From assembly GCA_048938295.1 (NCBI GenBank), contig JBHLMI010000002.1, positions 7,279-71,278 of the forward strand: 64,000 nt of DNA. Direction: 5' to 3'. Positions 36,796-47,183 of this stretch are shown piece by piece; within the stretch, counting starts at the first letter, position 1, and every line of letters starts with the position of its first letter. The notes under the pieces were generated by a model that saw only the letters and a program-made list of their open reading frames with translations, was not told the origin of the DNA and did not search any database. This DNA is from Promethearchaeota archaeon. GTDB taxonomy: Archaea; Asgardarchaeota; Hermodarchaeia; Hermodarchaeales; Hermodarchaeaceae. The translations under genes were made by a program, and so were the position numbers.

Positions 36796-38139
36796 TTATT
36801 TAACGGATTTCACTGCTTTGCCAAAGCGTTCGAGGGCGATGGCAATTTGTTCCGCAGTAATGGTTAATGGTGGGAGAAAGCGAATGCTGCTTCGTCCAGC
36901 TCCTAGAATCCAAAGTCGTTGTTTATTCACCGCGTTGTTTAGCACCGCATCGCGTTTCTTTGAATCATATGCATTGGTTGCTTTGTCCGTAACGATTTCT
37001 ACAGCACTCATGAGACCACGCCCCCGTACATCCCCAATGATATTACTGGCTTCTTGAATTTCAGCCAGGCCTTTAAGGAGTTGTCGACCGCGCTTTGTCG
37101 CATTGCTGAGGAGCTCATCGCGTTCAATGGTACGGAGGACGGATAAGGAGAGAAGAGAAACGTAAGGTTCGGCCCCGAAGGTTTCTGAGTGACGGCTGTA
37201 ATCTGTGAAGAGGGGTTTGGGTCCGATGGCAGCACCAAAGGGGAACCCTCCGCCTAAGGCTTTAGCTGTGCAGATATATTCAGGGACAATGCCGCCATGT
37301 TCGATGCTCCACCATTTTCCAGTTCGACCTAGCCCAGCTTGGACTTCGTCACTGATAATCTTGGTGTCGAGTTCATCGGCCAGCTTGCGGATTTCTGTGA
37401 ACCATTTCACAGGTGCGGGGATAATTCCGCCTTCACCACAGATTGGTTCTAGCACGATTGCGGCGATGTCGGTCCCGCCATATTCGATGCTGTCACGTAG
37501 ATATTGGACGCATTCGAGGTTGCAGCTTTTTTCTTCTTGCCCGAATGGGCAGCGGAAACAGTAGGGATAGGGTCCTCGAATCACATCCAAGCCTTGAGGA
37601 AAGAAATCCTTTTGGATGTGTTTGCTAGCAGTCAGGGCTAGTGTGTAGCCAGTTCGTCCATGAAAGGCAGGACGAAAGGCGACGAAGCGAAAGCGGTGGC
37701 TATTATCCATTACTGACTTAATTGCGGATTCAACTGCACGTCCACCGCTAGTGGTAAAGAAAACCTCTTTGGCATGATCTCCCGGCGTAATGCCTGTAAG
37801 TCTTTCAGCGAGAAGGATTTGAGGAATAAGGTCGAAATCGTGACCTGGAACTTGACGCATATATTCACTAATACGGTATTCGAAATCCTTTATGACTGGG
37901 TTTCGAATTCCTAAAGCGCGTACGGCGACTCCTGCTGTCACATCCAAATATTGGTTTCCTTTCAAATCGTAAATCCATGGACCTTCGCCTTGTGTGTGGT
38001 CAACGATGGGATAGATATCCCGGCTTTGAGTTGTCTTAGCAACTACTTGTTCAGCACGTTGTATCCATTCTTTCGCGTTTTTTGTAATTTCCAACTCAGG
38101 ACAGAGGTCTTTTAGCAACTCCTCGGCATCACGCTTCAT
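36796..38139 (-). CDS. Class III pyridoxal-phosphate aminotransferase (acetylornithine/GABA aminotransferase family)
   Basis: Length and family-typical segments (..DEVQAGLGRTGKWW.. PLP-lysine region). Confidence 0.8.
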   Translation of the reverse strand: MKRDAEELLKDLCPELEITKNAKEWIQRAEQVVAKTTQSRDIYPIVDHTQGEGPWIYDLKGNQYLDVTAGVAVRALGIRNPVIKDFEYRISEYMRQVPGHDFDLIPQILLAERLTGITPGDHAKEVFFTTSGGRAVESAIKSVMDNSHRFRFVAFRPAFHGRTGYTLALTASKHIQKDFFPQGLDVIRGPYPYCFRCPFGQEEKSCNLECVQYLRDSIEYGGTDIAAIVLEPICGEGGIIPAPVKWFTEIRKLADELDTKIISDEVQAGLGRTGKWWSIEHGGIVPEYICTAKALGGGFPFGAAIGPKPLFTDYSRHSETFGAEPYVSLLSLSVLRTIERDELLSNATKRGRQLLKGLAEIQEASNIIGDVRGRGLMSAVEIVTDKATNAYDSKKRDAVLNNAVNKQRLWILGAGRSSIRFLPPLTITAEQIAIALERFGKAVKSVK

Positions 38140-38282
38140 CTTTAACCAGCAACCCAGTATCTGTGCTTGCGTTAAGAAACTGAGAAGCTGTATTTAAGTT
38201 CCTGCTATTCGACGACAAGACACCTCCCCTGACCAGGGGACTTGCTGAGTTAAATACGGCTTCCGTATTCTGGATAAATACA

Positions 38283-39794
38283 ATGAAGCCTGATTCCAAG
38301 CTTACAGCGTTAGTCCTGTTTTTTGTTGGTCTAGGATTTGTGGTCTTTGGAATGGTGAGTGAATTCATGTTAGGCGGTTTCCTTCCTAGCGAAGGGATGC
38401 AGAACCTGTATGCTAACGGCGTATTCTTGGTTATTGTTACCGCGTTTTTTGCTGGGGGAATGATAATAATTCGTCGAGGATTGTTGGGTGAGTGGCAGTA
38501 CCGCTATGATAGCATTATCTACCTGATTACGGCAGTGATATGTCTCACCTCTGCTGTACAAACTACTTTTGGGTTACAAGCGGGTCATCCTTGGCTTGAA
38601 TTACTACAAACCAATCCGATTCTGCTAAACATACTTTGGATGTTTGTCCTTCCACCAATTAATCCTTGGACAACCCTGTTAATCGGGGCCTGTTTGATCT
38701 TAATTGCCTGGTGGAATTACCGAAGCACTTCCCCTTTAAGAAGATTCCACGAGAACATTGAGTCTAAGATTGAAATCCACGACTCCGACCGATGGTGGGA
38801 AGTCTTGGTACGTTTGATCCGTATTTCCGTATGGCTGGGATCTTTGTTTTTATTTATTCTTTGTTTCATTCTTCTCGGCAGTCCTCCACTGAGCCCATCC
38901 AATTGGGGGCTCCTTTATTTTCTAAGCACTTGGATAATTCTTCTTCGTGGAATCCTTGCTGTATGCTTGTTCAACTCAGCGATATTCATCGTCAACCAAT
39001 TGGGTGATCTTGATACTGATTCTCTCCATCAAGTCAAAGCGAAGTTACCAATCAGTTCAGGAAAAATCACACAGAATAGAGCGAAATTAGTTGCATTAGT
39101 CCTTTTTTCTCTCGGTGTGATTTTTGCAGGACTCGTAAGCTTATTCTTCTTACTCCTTCTACTTGTGACTTACTTTTTCGCGTTTCTTTACTCGTTCCCC
39201 CCCATCCGGCTTAAAAGCCGCCCATTCCTTGATCTGATCATTATTGGAATTGGGTTCGGGTCGTGGGCTGTCCTGGCGGCCTGGGGATTGTATTCCTTTC
39301 TACCAATGTCATTCCTTCCCCTTTCTTTCTTACCAATCTCTCTCGTGATAGGAGCAGGAGTGTTTTATGCAGGAACGCATGGTATACATACGGCCTCAGA
39401 CTATTCTGCAGACGCAGGAGCAGGAATTAAGACGACTGCGGTATACCTCGGACCGAGGAACACGACAAGATTAGGGGTGATATTGATCGGAGTAGGATTG
39501 CTTCTCCTGTATGCAAGTGTTGGATTATTCACCCACTTGTTTTGGTATGGATTACTCAAGTACAAAACCATCTTTTTGTTGATTTATCTCGGTTTGCCCT
39601 TCTTTGCACTCTTTCAGAAATTGCGGGGATGGCAACCTGACTCAGGTAAACGCCAATCTGAATTATATCAGATGCAACAGCAGGGACGAATGGTAACCTA
39701 TCTCCTCTTCATTGTTCTGAGTGTCTATCTAGTTTTCTATGTCTTCCTCTTTTACCCTGTTTATTATCCACATTACTTCTTCCCATGGAGCTAG
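38283..39794 (+). CDS. UbiA-family prenyltransferase with about 230 aa N-terminal membrane extension
   Basis: NQLGDLDTD (NxxxDxxxD) and DYSAD (DxxxD) Asp-rich motifs in the C-terminal 270 aa, preceded by about 6 extra TM helices. Confidence 0.65.
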   Translation: MKPDSKLTALVLFFVGLGFVVFGMVSEFMLGGFLPSEGMQNLYANGVFLVIVTAFFAGGMIIIRRGLLGEWQYRYDSIIYLITAVICLTSAVQTTFGLQAGHPWLELLQTNPILLNILWMFVLPPINPWTTLLIGACLILIAWWNYRSTSPLRRFHENIESKIEIHDSDRWWEVLVRLIRISVWLGSLFLFILCFILLGSPPLSPSNWGLLYFLSTWIILLRGILAVCLFNSAIFIVNQLGDLDTDSLHQVKAKLPISSGKITQNRAKLVALVLFSLGVIFAGLVSLFFLLLLLVTYFFAFLYSFPPIRLKSRPFLDLIIIGIGFGSWAVLAAWGLYSFLPMSFLPLSFLPISLVIGAGVFYAGTHGIHTASDYSADAGAGIKTTAVYLGPRNTTRLGVILIGVGLLLLYASVGLFTHLFWYGLLKYKTIFLLIYLGLPFFALFQKLRGWQPDSGKRQSELYQMQQQGRMVTYLLFIVLSVYLVFYVFLFYPVYYPHYFFPWS

Positions 39795-39861
39795 AAGAGG
39801 AGGCTATCGGTGCCAAAGCTTTATTTCACCCTCTAGGTATGATGTCGGCTGAGGATCTATA

Positions 39862-40524
39862 GTGCCAGTCCCCGGATTAGTCGCCTTTGATTTAGACGGA
39901 ACTTTGGTTAGAATTTGGAGTGCTTGGAGTTGGATTCATAAGCTGCTCGGAACCGTCGAACCTGCGAAACCAAACGCTGACCGATATTATGCAGGAGAGA
40001 TTAACTATTTCCAATGGGCGGAGCTTGATGTCGCACTCTGGCATGGCGTTCCCCTCAAGCAAATCGAGGAGGCTATCGACCAAGGGTTAGCGTTCATTGC
40101 GAACGTGAAAACCCTCATTGATGCGTTGCATAGGCATGGTTTGAAAACAGCTATTATCAGTTCAGGGCTCACGGTATTTGCTAATCGTGTACAAGAAGTC
40201 CTTGGCATCGATGTAAGCAAGGCCAACGAACTACTTACTGATGAAGACGGCAAGATCTGTGGAGTACAAGTTCACGTCGCGTTTGACAATAAAGACCAAG
40301 TGTTAGAGATTATCGCACAAGAACTGGATGTACCCCTCTACCAATGTGTTGCTATCGGCGATTCACGAAATGACATTCCTATGTTTCGAGCTGCAGGTTT
40401 TTCCATTGCATTCAACCCCTCTAATGAAGAGGTGGCAGAAGCTGCAAGTACGATTATCGTCAGTGAGGATGCTTTAGATTTACTCCCACCGCTTTTAGAA
40501 TTTTATCAACTTATTACTCTCTAA
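39862..40524 (+). CDS. HAD-superfamily phosphatase (phosphoserine phosphatase-like)
   Basis: VAFDLDGTL motif I, a lysine motif, and GDSRND motif IV. Confidence 0.7.
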   Translation: MPVPGLVAFDLDGTLVRIWSAWSWIHKLLGTVEPAKPNADRYYAGEINYFQWAELDVALWHGVPLKQIEEAIDQGLAFIANVKTLIDALHRHGLKTAIISSGLTVFANRVQEVLGIDVSKANELLTDEDGKICGVQVHVAFDNKDQVLEIIAQELDVPLYQCVAIGDSRNDIPMFRAAGFSIAFNPSNEEVAEAASTIIVSEDALDLLPPLLEFYQLITL

Positions 40525-40628
40525 GTCATCGTGCATGTTTCTACGTTAGATTTTAATGGCAGGATGGAACGGTAATCAGAACCATCATCATTTTGGTGGG
40601 GTTCAGCGAACAGTAGGAGTGAAATTGC

Positions 40629-42383
40629 ATGAGTCAGCGAACACTAATTGACGCAAGTATGGGTCGTATCAAGGCGGACATGGTCATCACTGATGTACAA
40701 CCAATCGATGTGATTTCCCGAGAAATCCTGGAAGGTGGCATCGCTATTAAAGAAGGGATGATTTGTCGTATTGGCGATGTCTCTGACCTTATAGGAAGCA
40801 AAACCAAGGTCATTAAAGGACAAGGACGATATGCTACTCCGGCTTTCATCGAGTCCCATATCCATGTAGAAAGTACCATGCTTACCCTCACCGAATTCGC
40901 TAAAGCTGTAATCCCCCACGGCACGGGAACTGCAATCATTGATCCCCACGAAATTGCCAATGTGACGGGAATCCGAGGATTAGAAATTTTCATGGAGGAA
41001 GCGCGAGATTTACCCCTCCATATCCTCATTGAAGTCCCAAGTTGTGTTCCAGCAGCCTCACCTGAACTGGAGACCGCCGGAGCCAAGCTAGATGCATTCA
41101 CCATTGATCGCTTGCTCCAAGACCCCATGGTCATTGGTCTTGGTGAAGTCATGAACATCCCAGCAGTACTGAACAATGATGAAGACATTCACTTGAAAAT
41201 CCAATTTGCCCGAAGTCAAGGTAAAGTGGTTGAAGGCCATGCGCCGGGATTGAAAGGGAAGAGACTGAACGCCTACATCGCTGCAGGAATTATGTCGGAT
41301 CACGAATCAGAAACAGCGGAAGAAGCTGTGGATCGTCTCCGATTAGGCATGACCGTTATGGCACGGGAAGGATCCATTGTCCGGAATATGCTAGATATCT
41401 TGCTTCCCCTCTACAAGGAAGGCCGAGATCTTCGTAGAGCGACCATTTGCTCGGACGATCTATCCCCAGTTGAACTAGCGGATGTCGGTCATCTTGACCG
41501 GAGCTTGCGGAGAGCAATAGATGCTGGCATCGACCCGTTGGTAGCCATTCAGCTTGTGACATCGAATCCTGCTAGTTACTTCAAGTTGCCTCGAGTGGGA
41601 CATCTTGCTCCTGGAAACAATGGGGATATCGTCTTAATTGATGATTTGAAGAATATCAACGTGGATTTAGTTATTCTTCGTGGTAACGTGGTTGCTAAGG
41701 ATGGACGGTTGACGGTGAAGTTGCCCAAATATGAGTATCCCCCTGATATGCGCACTACTATTCGATTTGGCGGCATTCCGACAGTCCTTAATTACATGAT
41801 TCCTGCCGATGATGGAGACCATAAAGTTCGAGTAATCATCGCCCATGAAGGTAGCCTTATCACGGGTTCTGAAATCGTTACTCTCAATGCATCAGAGGGG
41901 TACTTACATCCCGATCTTGAAAAGGATATCCTCACAATCGCTGTCACTGAGCGGTATATGAAAGGAGGTAGTATCGGAGTGGGCTTCGTCCAAGGCTTTG
42001 GATTAAAAGAAGGAGCCATCGCAAGTAGTATCGCCCATGACAGTCACAATATCATAAGCGTTGCTACGAGTCCTGAGGACGCCTTGATGGCAGTAAGTAC
42101 GGTATCCCAGACGATGGGAGGGATAGCAGCTATTAAAGGCCGGAAGATCCTGGCTAATCTGCCGTTACCCATCGCGGGAGTTATCACTGATGAACCTGTG
42201 GATAAAGTCACGAAACAGCTTCAGACTGTACGGACTGCAGCACTTGACCTTGGCTGTAGCCTCAACCACCCTTTCTTGACGATGAGTTTCATGGCACTCC
42301 CAGTAATTCCAGCCTTGAAGATTACCGATAAGGGCATCGTGGATGCTAAAGAAATGAAGATTGTGTCGGTGATTGTCCGTTAG
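40629..42383 (+). CDS. ade: Adenine deaminase (amidohydrolase superfamily)
   Basis: AFIESHIHVEST metal-binding motif, about 580 aa, typical Ade architecture. Confidence 0.8.
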   Translation: MSQRTLIDASMGRIKADMVITDVQPIDVISREILEGGIAIKEGMICRIGDVSDLIGSKTKVIKGQGRYATPAFIESHIHVESTMLTLTEFAKAVIPHGTGTAIIDPHEIANVTGIRGLEIFMEEARDLPLHILIEVPSCVPAASPELETAGAKLDAFTIDRLLQDPMVIGLGEVMNIPAVLNNDEDIHLKIQFARSQGKVVEGHAPGLKGKRLNAYIAAGIMSDHESETAEEAVDRLRLGMTVMAREGSIVRNMLDILLPLYKEGRDLRRATICSDDLSPVELADVGHLDRSLRRAIDAGIDPLVAIQLVTSNPASYFKLPRVGHLAPGNNGDIVLIDDLKNINVDLVILRGNVVAKDGRLTVKLPKYEYPPDMRTTIRFGGIPTVLNYMIPADDGDHKVRVIIAHEGSLITGSEIVTLNASEGYLHPDLEKDILTIAVTERYMKGGSIGVGFVQGFGLKEGAIASSIAHDSHNIISVATSPEDALMAVSTVSQTMGGIAAIKGRKILANLPLPIAGVITDEPVDKVTKQLQTVRTAALDLGCSLNHPFLTMSFMALPVIPALKITDKGIVDAKEMKIVSVIVR

Positions 42384-42497
42384 AGCGTATTTCTAACTAA
42401 GTACAAGAAACTGTAGAAAGGAGTCAAACGATTACTACACTGCAAATCCTTTTTAGGCTCAATTCACAAACGACCATTAGACTGGAGGTACGCCTGT

Positions 42498-43169
42498 ATG
42501 TCATGGACTATTATACTAGCAAACCTTGCACCTGTGTTTCTTGGTTTAGGAGCAATGGCTGCATTCGCATGGTTCTTAGACAATCTTATGGGTGACACTT
42601 ACCGATCAAGTGGCTCTAACAAAGTTGAGGAAGAAGGAAAAGCTGAAGCCCCACCGACCATTGGTTGGCGTCGGGGCATTGTTCGTCTCATTGGGCTCAT
42701 CGGCATTCCTATGGGCATATTATGCTTCGTATCTTTTGCCGCAATACTCCTTACACCTGGTCTAAACATCTATGGTGATCCACTGACACTCTTTCTCTTG
42801 GCATGGATGGGGATTGCACTCTTCCTTACACCCATCAACAAATTACCTTGGGCTGCTCTTATCGGTCTTGCAGCAGGCCTCATTGCTGTTGTTGCAGTCG
42901 TTGCGCTTGCACCTTTAATTCCTGAAATCATTACACAACAAGTCCCGTTGAAGTATATCTTGATTGGCATCTTCATCATTGTGGGTGTTGTTGTGTTCAC
43001 CCTCTTCAAATGGGCTGAAAACATCCTCGATTTAATTACGACCATCCTGGGGTCGCGGCCCTTCCTGTTGATCCTCAGCTTCCTTGCTCTTGCCCAGGCA
43101 ATTGCACTGCCTATCATCTGGTTTGTCTTTGGTGGGTATGGCGGATTGCTCTGGTTCTTCTTCCACTAA
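42498..43169 (+). CDS. Integral membrane protein
   Basis: 223 aa with 6 predicted TM helices. Confidence 0.5.
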   Translation: MSWTIILANLAPVFLGLGAMAAFAWFLDNLMGDTYRSSGSNKVEEEGKAEAPPTIGWRRGIVRLIGLIGIPMGILCFVSFAAILLTPGLNIYGDPLTLFLLAWMGIALFLTPINKLPWAALIGLAAGLIAVVAVVALAPLIPEIITQQVPLKYILIGIFIIVGVVVFTLFKWAENILDLITTILGSRPFLLILSFLALAQAIALPIIWFVFGGYGGLLWFFFH

Positions 43170-43178
43170 ACCTTTGAT

Positions 43179-44648
43179 TTAACCGCTGATGAAGTAGGCG
43201 GGTGGAAGGGGAATGGGTAGGAGGAAGAGCCGCATGAGGAGATAGCCTGTTCCAATTAGAAGATATAGGAAGAACATGAGGGCACCTGTTCGAAGAAATT
43301 CATTATAAGAGATAGGACGATTCTCCCTATTGGCAACAGTCATGGTCATCACGTTTGCTACACTAGCGATGGGTGTTAGGGAACCACCAAGAACAGCCCC
43401 AATAACAAGAGCAGACCAAATTGCGCCACCGGGATTAGCCCCTTGGAGTAATTGGATTCGGGTCAAGGAATCTGCAACAGGTATCAAGGTGGCGGTCACT
43501 GGGATATTATCAATAGCCCCACTAGTAAACCCAGTCAACCATAACATCGATACGGTTGCAGCAGCGGGATTACCTCCCGTGAGTACCGAAATCACACCTC
43601 CAATGAATGTCAAGACCCCAAACTCTTCCATGCATCCAACAATTATGAATAGCCCAATGAAGAAAAATAACGCAGTCCATTCTACTTCTTTAAAAATACG
43701 TTCACTTGGAATTCCGCTGAGGAGAACGAAAAGGAGGGCCATGACAAAGGCGACCACCCATGTGAATCCAGCTATTCCAAACACGATGAAACCGATTATC
43801 ATCGCCACAAACAAGATGGCAGTTCGATAGAAGATGTTACGGTCCTCTACCATCGTCCAGGCATCAAGTGCCATAAGATCATTAACTCGGCTTGGTCGAG
43901 GTTTAGTAAACTTTCTTCGGAAAAACCTGAGTGCAACCATACCGGTTACCCCGAGTAGGATTAAGCCCAAGGGAAGTAGCGTAGTGGCAAACCAAACAAA
44001 GTCATAAAAAGTTGCACCAGCGACTAACATGCATGGAACACTAGCAATTACGGTAGTAATACCACCTATATTTCCACACATGGCATTCGCAATGAGGTAG
44101 GGTGTGGGATTCTGTTCTAGGGCATCACAAGCAAGAATCGTTAATGGACCGATGATTAATACCGTTGTTGCTAGTACGGTCGACATGGCGAAAGTTAGCC
44201 CACAGAAAATGAGTAACAACCTTCTTGGTGAGCCCTTACTGAATCGAAGGGCCTTGACTGCAATAAACTGAAACAATCCTGAGTCCTTGGCAATCTCTGT
44301 GATGACCATGAGAGAAAGAATCACGATGATGGTAGAAAGATCGACCCATTCTCCAAAGAATTGGGCAAAAACCTCAGCATTGAAAACGATAGGCAAAAGC
44401 TGATAACTTAGCGCTAGTTCCATGAAATGCTCATATTCAGGGCTACCAGGAAGAAAGCCGTTGGCAAGATCTGTGTAGATCTGAATCTGCGATAAGCGCC
44501 ACGGTTCCCATATCTGAGCAAAATAGATGATGGCGATGGAGGCACCAATGAGGGCAGCAATAGTGTGGTCGGTCATATCGAATGTAATCATTAACACTAC
44601 TGCGATAAACACCAGAATGATAAAGACAGCCGGATAAATTATCAGCAT
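43179..44648 (-). CDS. ArsB/NhaD-superfamily anion/cation permease
   Basis: Polytopic protein with duplicated halves and the AIDNIPVTATLIPV hairpin motif. Paralogous to the next gene. Confidence 0.65.
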   Translation of the reverse strand: MLIIYPAVFIILVFIAVVLMITFDMTDHTIAALIGASIAIIYFAQIWEPWRLSQIQIYTDLANGFLPGSPEYEHFMELALSYQLLPIVFNAEVFAQFFGEWVDLSTIIVILSLMVITEIAKDSGLFQFIAVKALRFSKGSPRRLLLIFCGLTFAMSTVLATTVLIIGPLTILACDALEQNPTPYLIANAMCGNIGGITTVIASVPCMLVAGATFYDFVWFATTLLPLGLILLGVTGMVALRFFRRKFTKPRPSRVNDLMALDAWTMVEDRNIFYRTAILFVAMIIGFIVFGIAGFTWVVAFVMALLFVLLSGIPSERIFKEVEWTALFFFIGLFIIVGCMEEFGVLTFIGGVISVLTGGNPAAATVSMLWLTGFTSGAIDNIPVTATLIPVADSLTRIQLLQGANPGGAIWSALVIGAVLGGSLTPIASVANVMTMTVANRENRPISYNEFLRTGALMFFLYLLIGTGYLLMRLFLLPIPLPPAYFISG

Positions 44649-44764
44649 ATTATCGTCGCCCTAAGGTGGCAAGGCTGACTGCTAGATGTCAGGTCAATAT
44701 TTATTTCTTAAGGGTAATTTGTCAAATAAGCTTTTCACTAGATTTTTTCGAAGAATCCACTAAA

Positions 44765-46165
44765 TCATAAACCGAGTGGGGCAGGGATGGGCATTAGGAA
44801 TATCCTGAATAACACGTAGAGTGTGCTGAAAAAGAGAAACATCACAGTTAGGATTACTCCAATCAATAGGAACTGATTCTTGGGAATTGCACGATCTTCT
44901 TTTTCTGATATAGTCATGATGAGGACATTAGCTGCACTGGCTATCGGAGTAAGACAGCCACCCAACACAGCTCCAGCAAGCATTGATGCCCATAGAGCGC
45001 CTGCTGGGATTGGAACGGGACCAGATGCTAGGACATCGACTACAGGTATGAATGTGAGAGTCACTGGAATATTATCGACGAACCCGCTGGTCATTCCAGT
45101 GATCCATACCATCAGGGTAGCGGCAATATACGGATTACCCAATGTCAATGCTTGTATTCCATGTCCTATTGCATGTAGTACCCCGAATTCTTCAAGCAGT
45201 CCAACGAGAAAGAACAAGCCAATAAAGAAGAATAGTGCAGACCATTCAATTTCCTTAAACAGTTGACTAGGTCGAATTCCACTTAATATGACAAAGAGGA
45301 GTGCGCCTCCCAGGGCAACCAGAAATGTGAGTCCTGCTGATCCTAGAATAATGAATCCAATAATGATAAGGATAAGAAGGATAGCAGTACGGTAAAATAC
45401 TGGGCGGCTAGGAACCATCTCCCAAGGGTCAAGTTCCATGAGATCCTCAATCCGTGCTCGTCGAGGTTGGATGAGATCTTTTCGGAATAGGCGTAGGACC
45501 ACAAACAACATAACTGCAATTAATATCAATCCCAAGGGCATCATGTTGATAATAAACCAGGGGAAACTATAGAGGGTGGCTCCAGCAACCAGCATTGCAG
45601 GGACACTAGCGATCATCGATGTAATTCCACCGACATTGGATGCGAGAGCAATGGATATGAGAAACGGCACAGGATTGATTTCTAAGGCATCGCAGGCGAG
45701 AAAGGTCAAAGTGCCCATAATCAAGATTGTAGTGATTTGAGTTAGAACAGTGGTCATAGCGAAGCTCAAGGCACATAAAATTATCAGCAGCTTGCGTGTA
45801 TCGCCTTTTGTGAATTTGATTGCCTGTACTGAGATAAATTGAAAGACGCCAGAATCTTTTGCGATTTCGGTAATGACCATCATTGAAAGGATAAGGATCA
45901 GAGTGGGAAGGTCGACCCATTTATTGAAGAAGAAGGCGAAAACAACAACATTGAAGTTTGCAGGGAGAAGGTCATAGTTGGCTTCTGGATTTATGGCAAT
46001 CACCGCATCACGCCATGCTGGCCAGATCATAGCCATGTAGAAGATAGCGATTACTCCTCCAATAAGGGCGGCAGCTGTGTGGTCCATGACATCTAGCATA
46101 ATAAGAAGGATAATTGTCACAAACAAGATTATTGCAAACACTGCAGGAAACATGATAGAGACCAA
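44765..46165 (-). CDS. ArsB/NhaD-superfamily permease, tandem paralogue
   Basis: Same architecture and motif (FVDNIPVTLTFIPV), about 50% identical by eye to 43179-44648. Confidence 0.65.
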   Translation of the reverse strand: MVSIMFPAVFAIILFVTIILLIMLDVMDHTAAALIGGVIAIFYMAMIWPAWRDAVIAINPEANYDLLPANFNVVVFAFFFNKWVDLPTLILILSMMVITEIAKDSGVFQFISVQAIKFTKGDTRKLLIILCALSFAMTTVLTQITTILIMGTLTFLACDALEINPVPFLISIALASNVGGITSMIASVPAMLVAGATLYSFPWFIINMMPLGLILIAVMLFVVLRLFRKDLIQPRRARIEDLMELDPWEMVPSRPVFYRTAILLILIIIGFIILGSAGLTFLVALGGALLFVILSGIRPSQLFKEIEWSALFFFIGLFFLVGLLEEFGVLHAIGHGIQALTLGNPYIAATLMVWITGMTSGFVDNIPVTLTFIPVVDVLASGPVPIPAGALWASMLAGAVLGGCLTPIASAANVLIMTISEKEDRAIPKNQFLLIGVILTVMFLFFSTLYVLFRIFLMPIPAPLGL

Positions 46166-46174
46166 TCACACCCT

Positions 46175-46969
46175 TTACAGTGTATCAACAAATTCGATAA
46201 TAGCCCTTGCAAGCTCTTCAGGTTGTTCGAATTGAATGCTATGGTTCGTCTTATTGATAACCTTAGTGGTGACATTGTCTAAGTTCTTTGCATAGAAGTC
46301 AGCCCAGTTAGGGGAGAAAGTTTTGTCTCCTGAACCACAGATTACAAGCGTTGGGGCCTGGATTTCCTTGACACGGTCTTGAATATTAAATTTGGCGCAG
46401 GCTCCTTGAGCGCTTCCATGGCTATTTGTGAGCCGTTGACCTTCTTCGGCTAGTTGGACAAGAAGGTCAAACAAATCCGGCGTGGAACGGATTTTTTCAG
46501 GATCATAAAATTCGAATTTCAGCAGTTTCAAAACGGCTTCCTTGGGCTCGAGTCCATATGCCAGTTTACCAAGTTCAATTTGGACTAAGGCGCCCTCGAC
46601 ATCAACCATTGGGGCAGTATTGATGAGAATAAGAGCTTTAACACGATTAGGCGTGTCGAGTGCTATTTGCTGAACGATGAAACCCCCCATACTATGACCA
46701 GCGATTATACATTGGCTAATTTGGAGGTGGTCAAGCAGCGCAATCATATCCTTGCTGTATAGATCTATCGTGCTAGGTTCAGTGAGTTCAGTTGATCGAC
46801 CATGTCCACGTGAATCAGGCATAATGACTTTGAAGTGGTCTCGAAGGTGCGGACGCAGAAAAGCCCAGTTTCGATTCGACCCCCGGACACCATGACAGAG
46901 AAGGAGCGGTTCACCCTCTCCATCTACCTCAAAATAGATTTTACCACCATCAACATCTACATATGGCAT
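46175..46969 (-). CDS. Alpha/beta-fold hydrolase
   Basis: Nucleophile elbow GHSMGG and an HG oxyanion motif. Confidence 0.75.
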   Translation of the reverse strand: MPYVDVDGGKIYFEVDGEGEPLLLCHGVRGSNRNWAFLRPHLRDHFKVIMPDSRGHGRSTELTEPSTIDLYSKDMIALLDHLQISQCIIAGHSMGGFIVQQIALDTPNRVKALILINTAPMVDVEGALVQIELGKLAYGLEPKEAVLKLLKFEFYDPEKIRSTPDLFDLLVQLAEEGQRLTNSHGSAQGACAKFNIQDRVKEIQAPTLVICGSGDKTFSPNWADFYAKNLDNVTTKVINKTNHSIQFEQPEELARAIIEFVDTL

Positions 46970-47183
46970 CGAGTTAGCCTCGCTTACACAAATGGCTTTC
47001 TTGTTGCTTATTAATGGTAATCCCTCAGAACTGTGTGAATCTTGTAATGATTTCGAAGAGGTAAGATTGCCTCAAAAGCAAATCCTAATAACAGTTAATT
47101 TGCCTTTTTGGTATATGAGGACTGCCCACGAAAGATACAGAGACTGGCTGGGAATCGTCCTCTAGTCGTGGAGGCAAGGATTC

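Noticed and set aside
40634-45266. Antisense ORFs inside adenine deaminase and the ArsB/NhaD permease genes (40634-41188, 41088-42019 set, 42770-43117, 43330-43830, 44880-45266)
   Set aside because: All sit opposite strongly motif-supported genes, are Ser/Arg/Pro-rich and have no motifs, so they are typical shadow ORFs.
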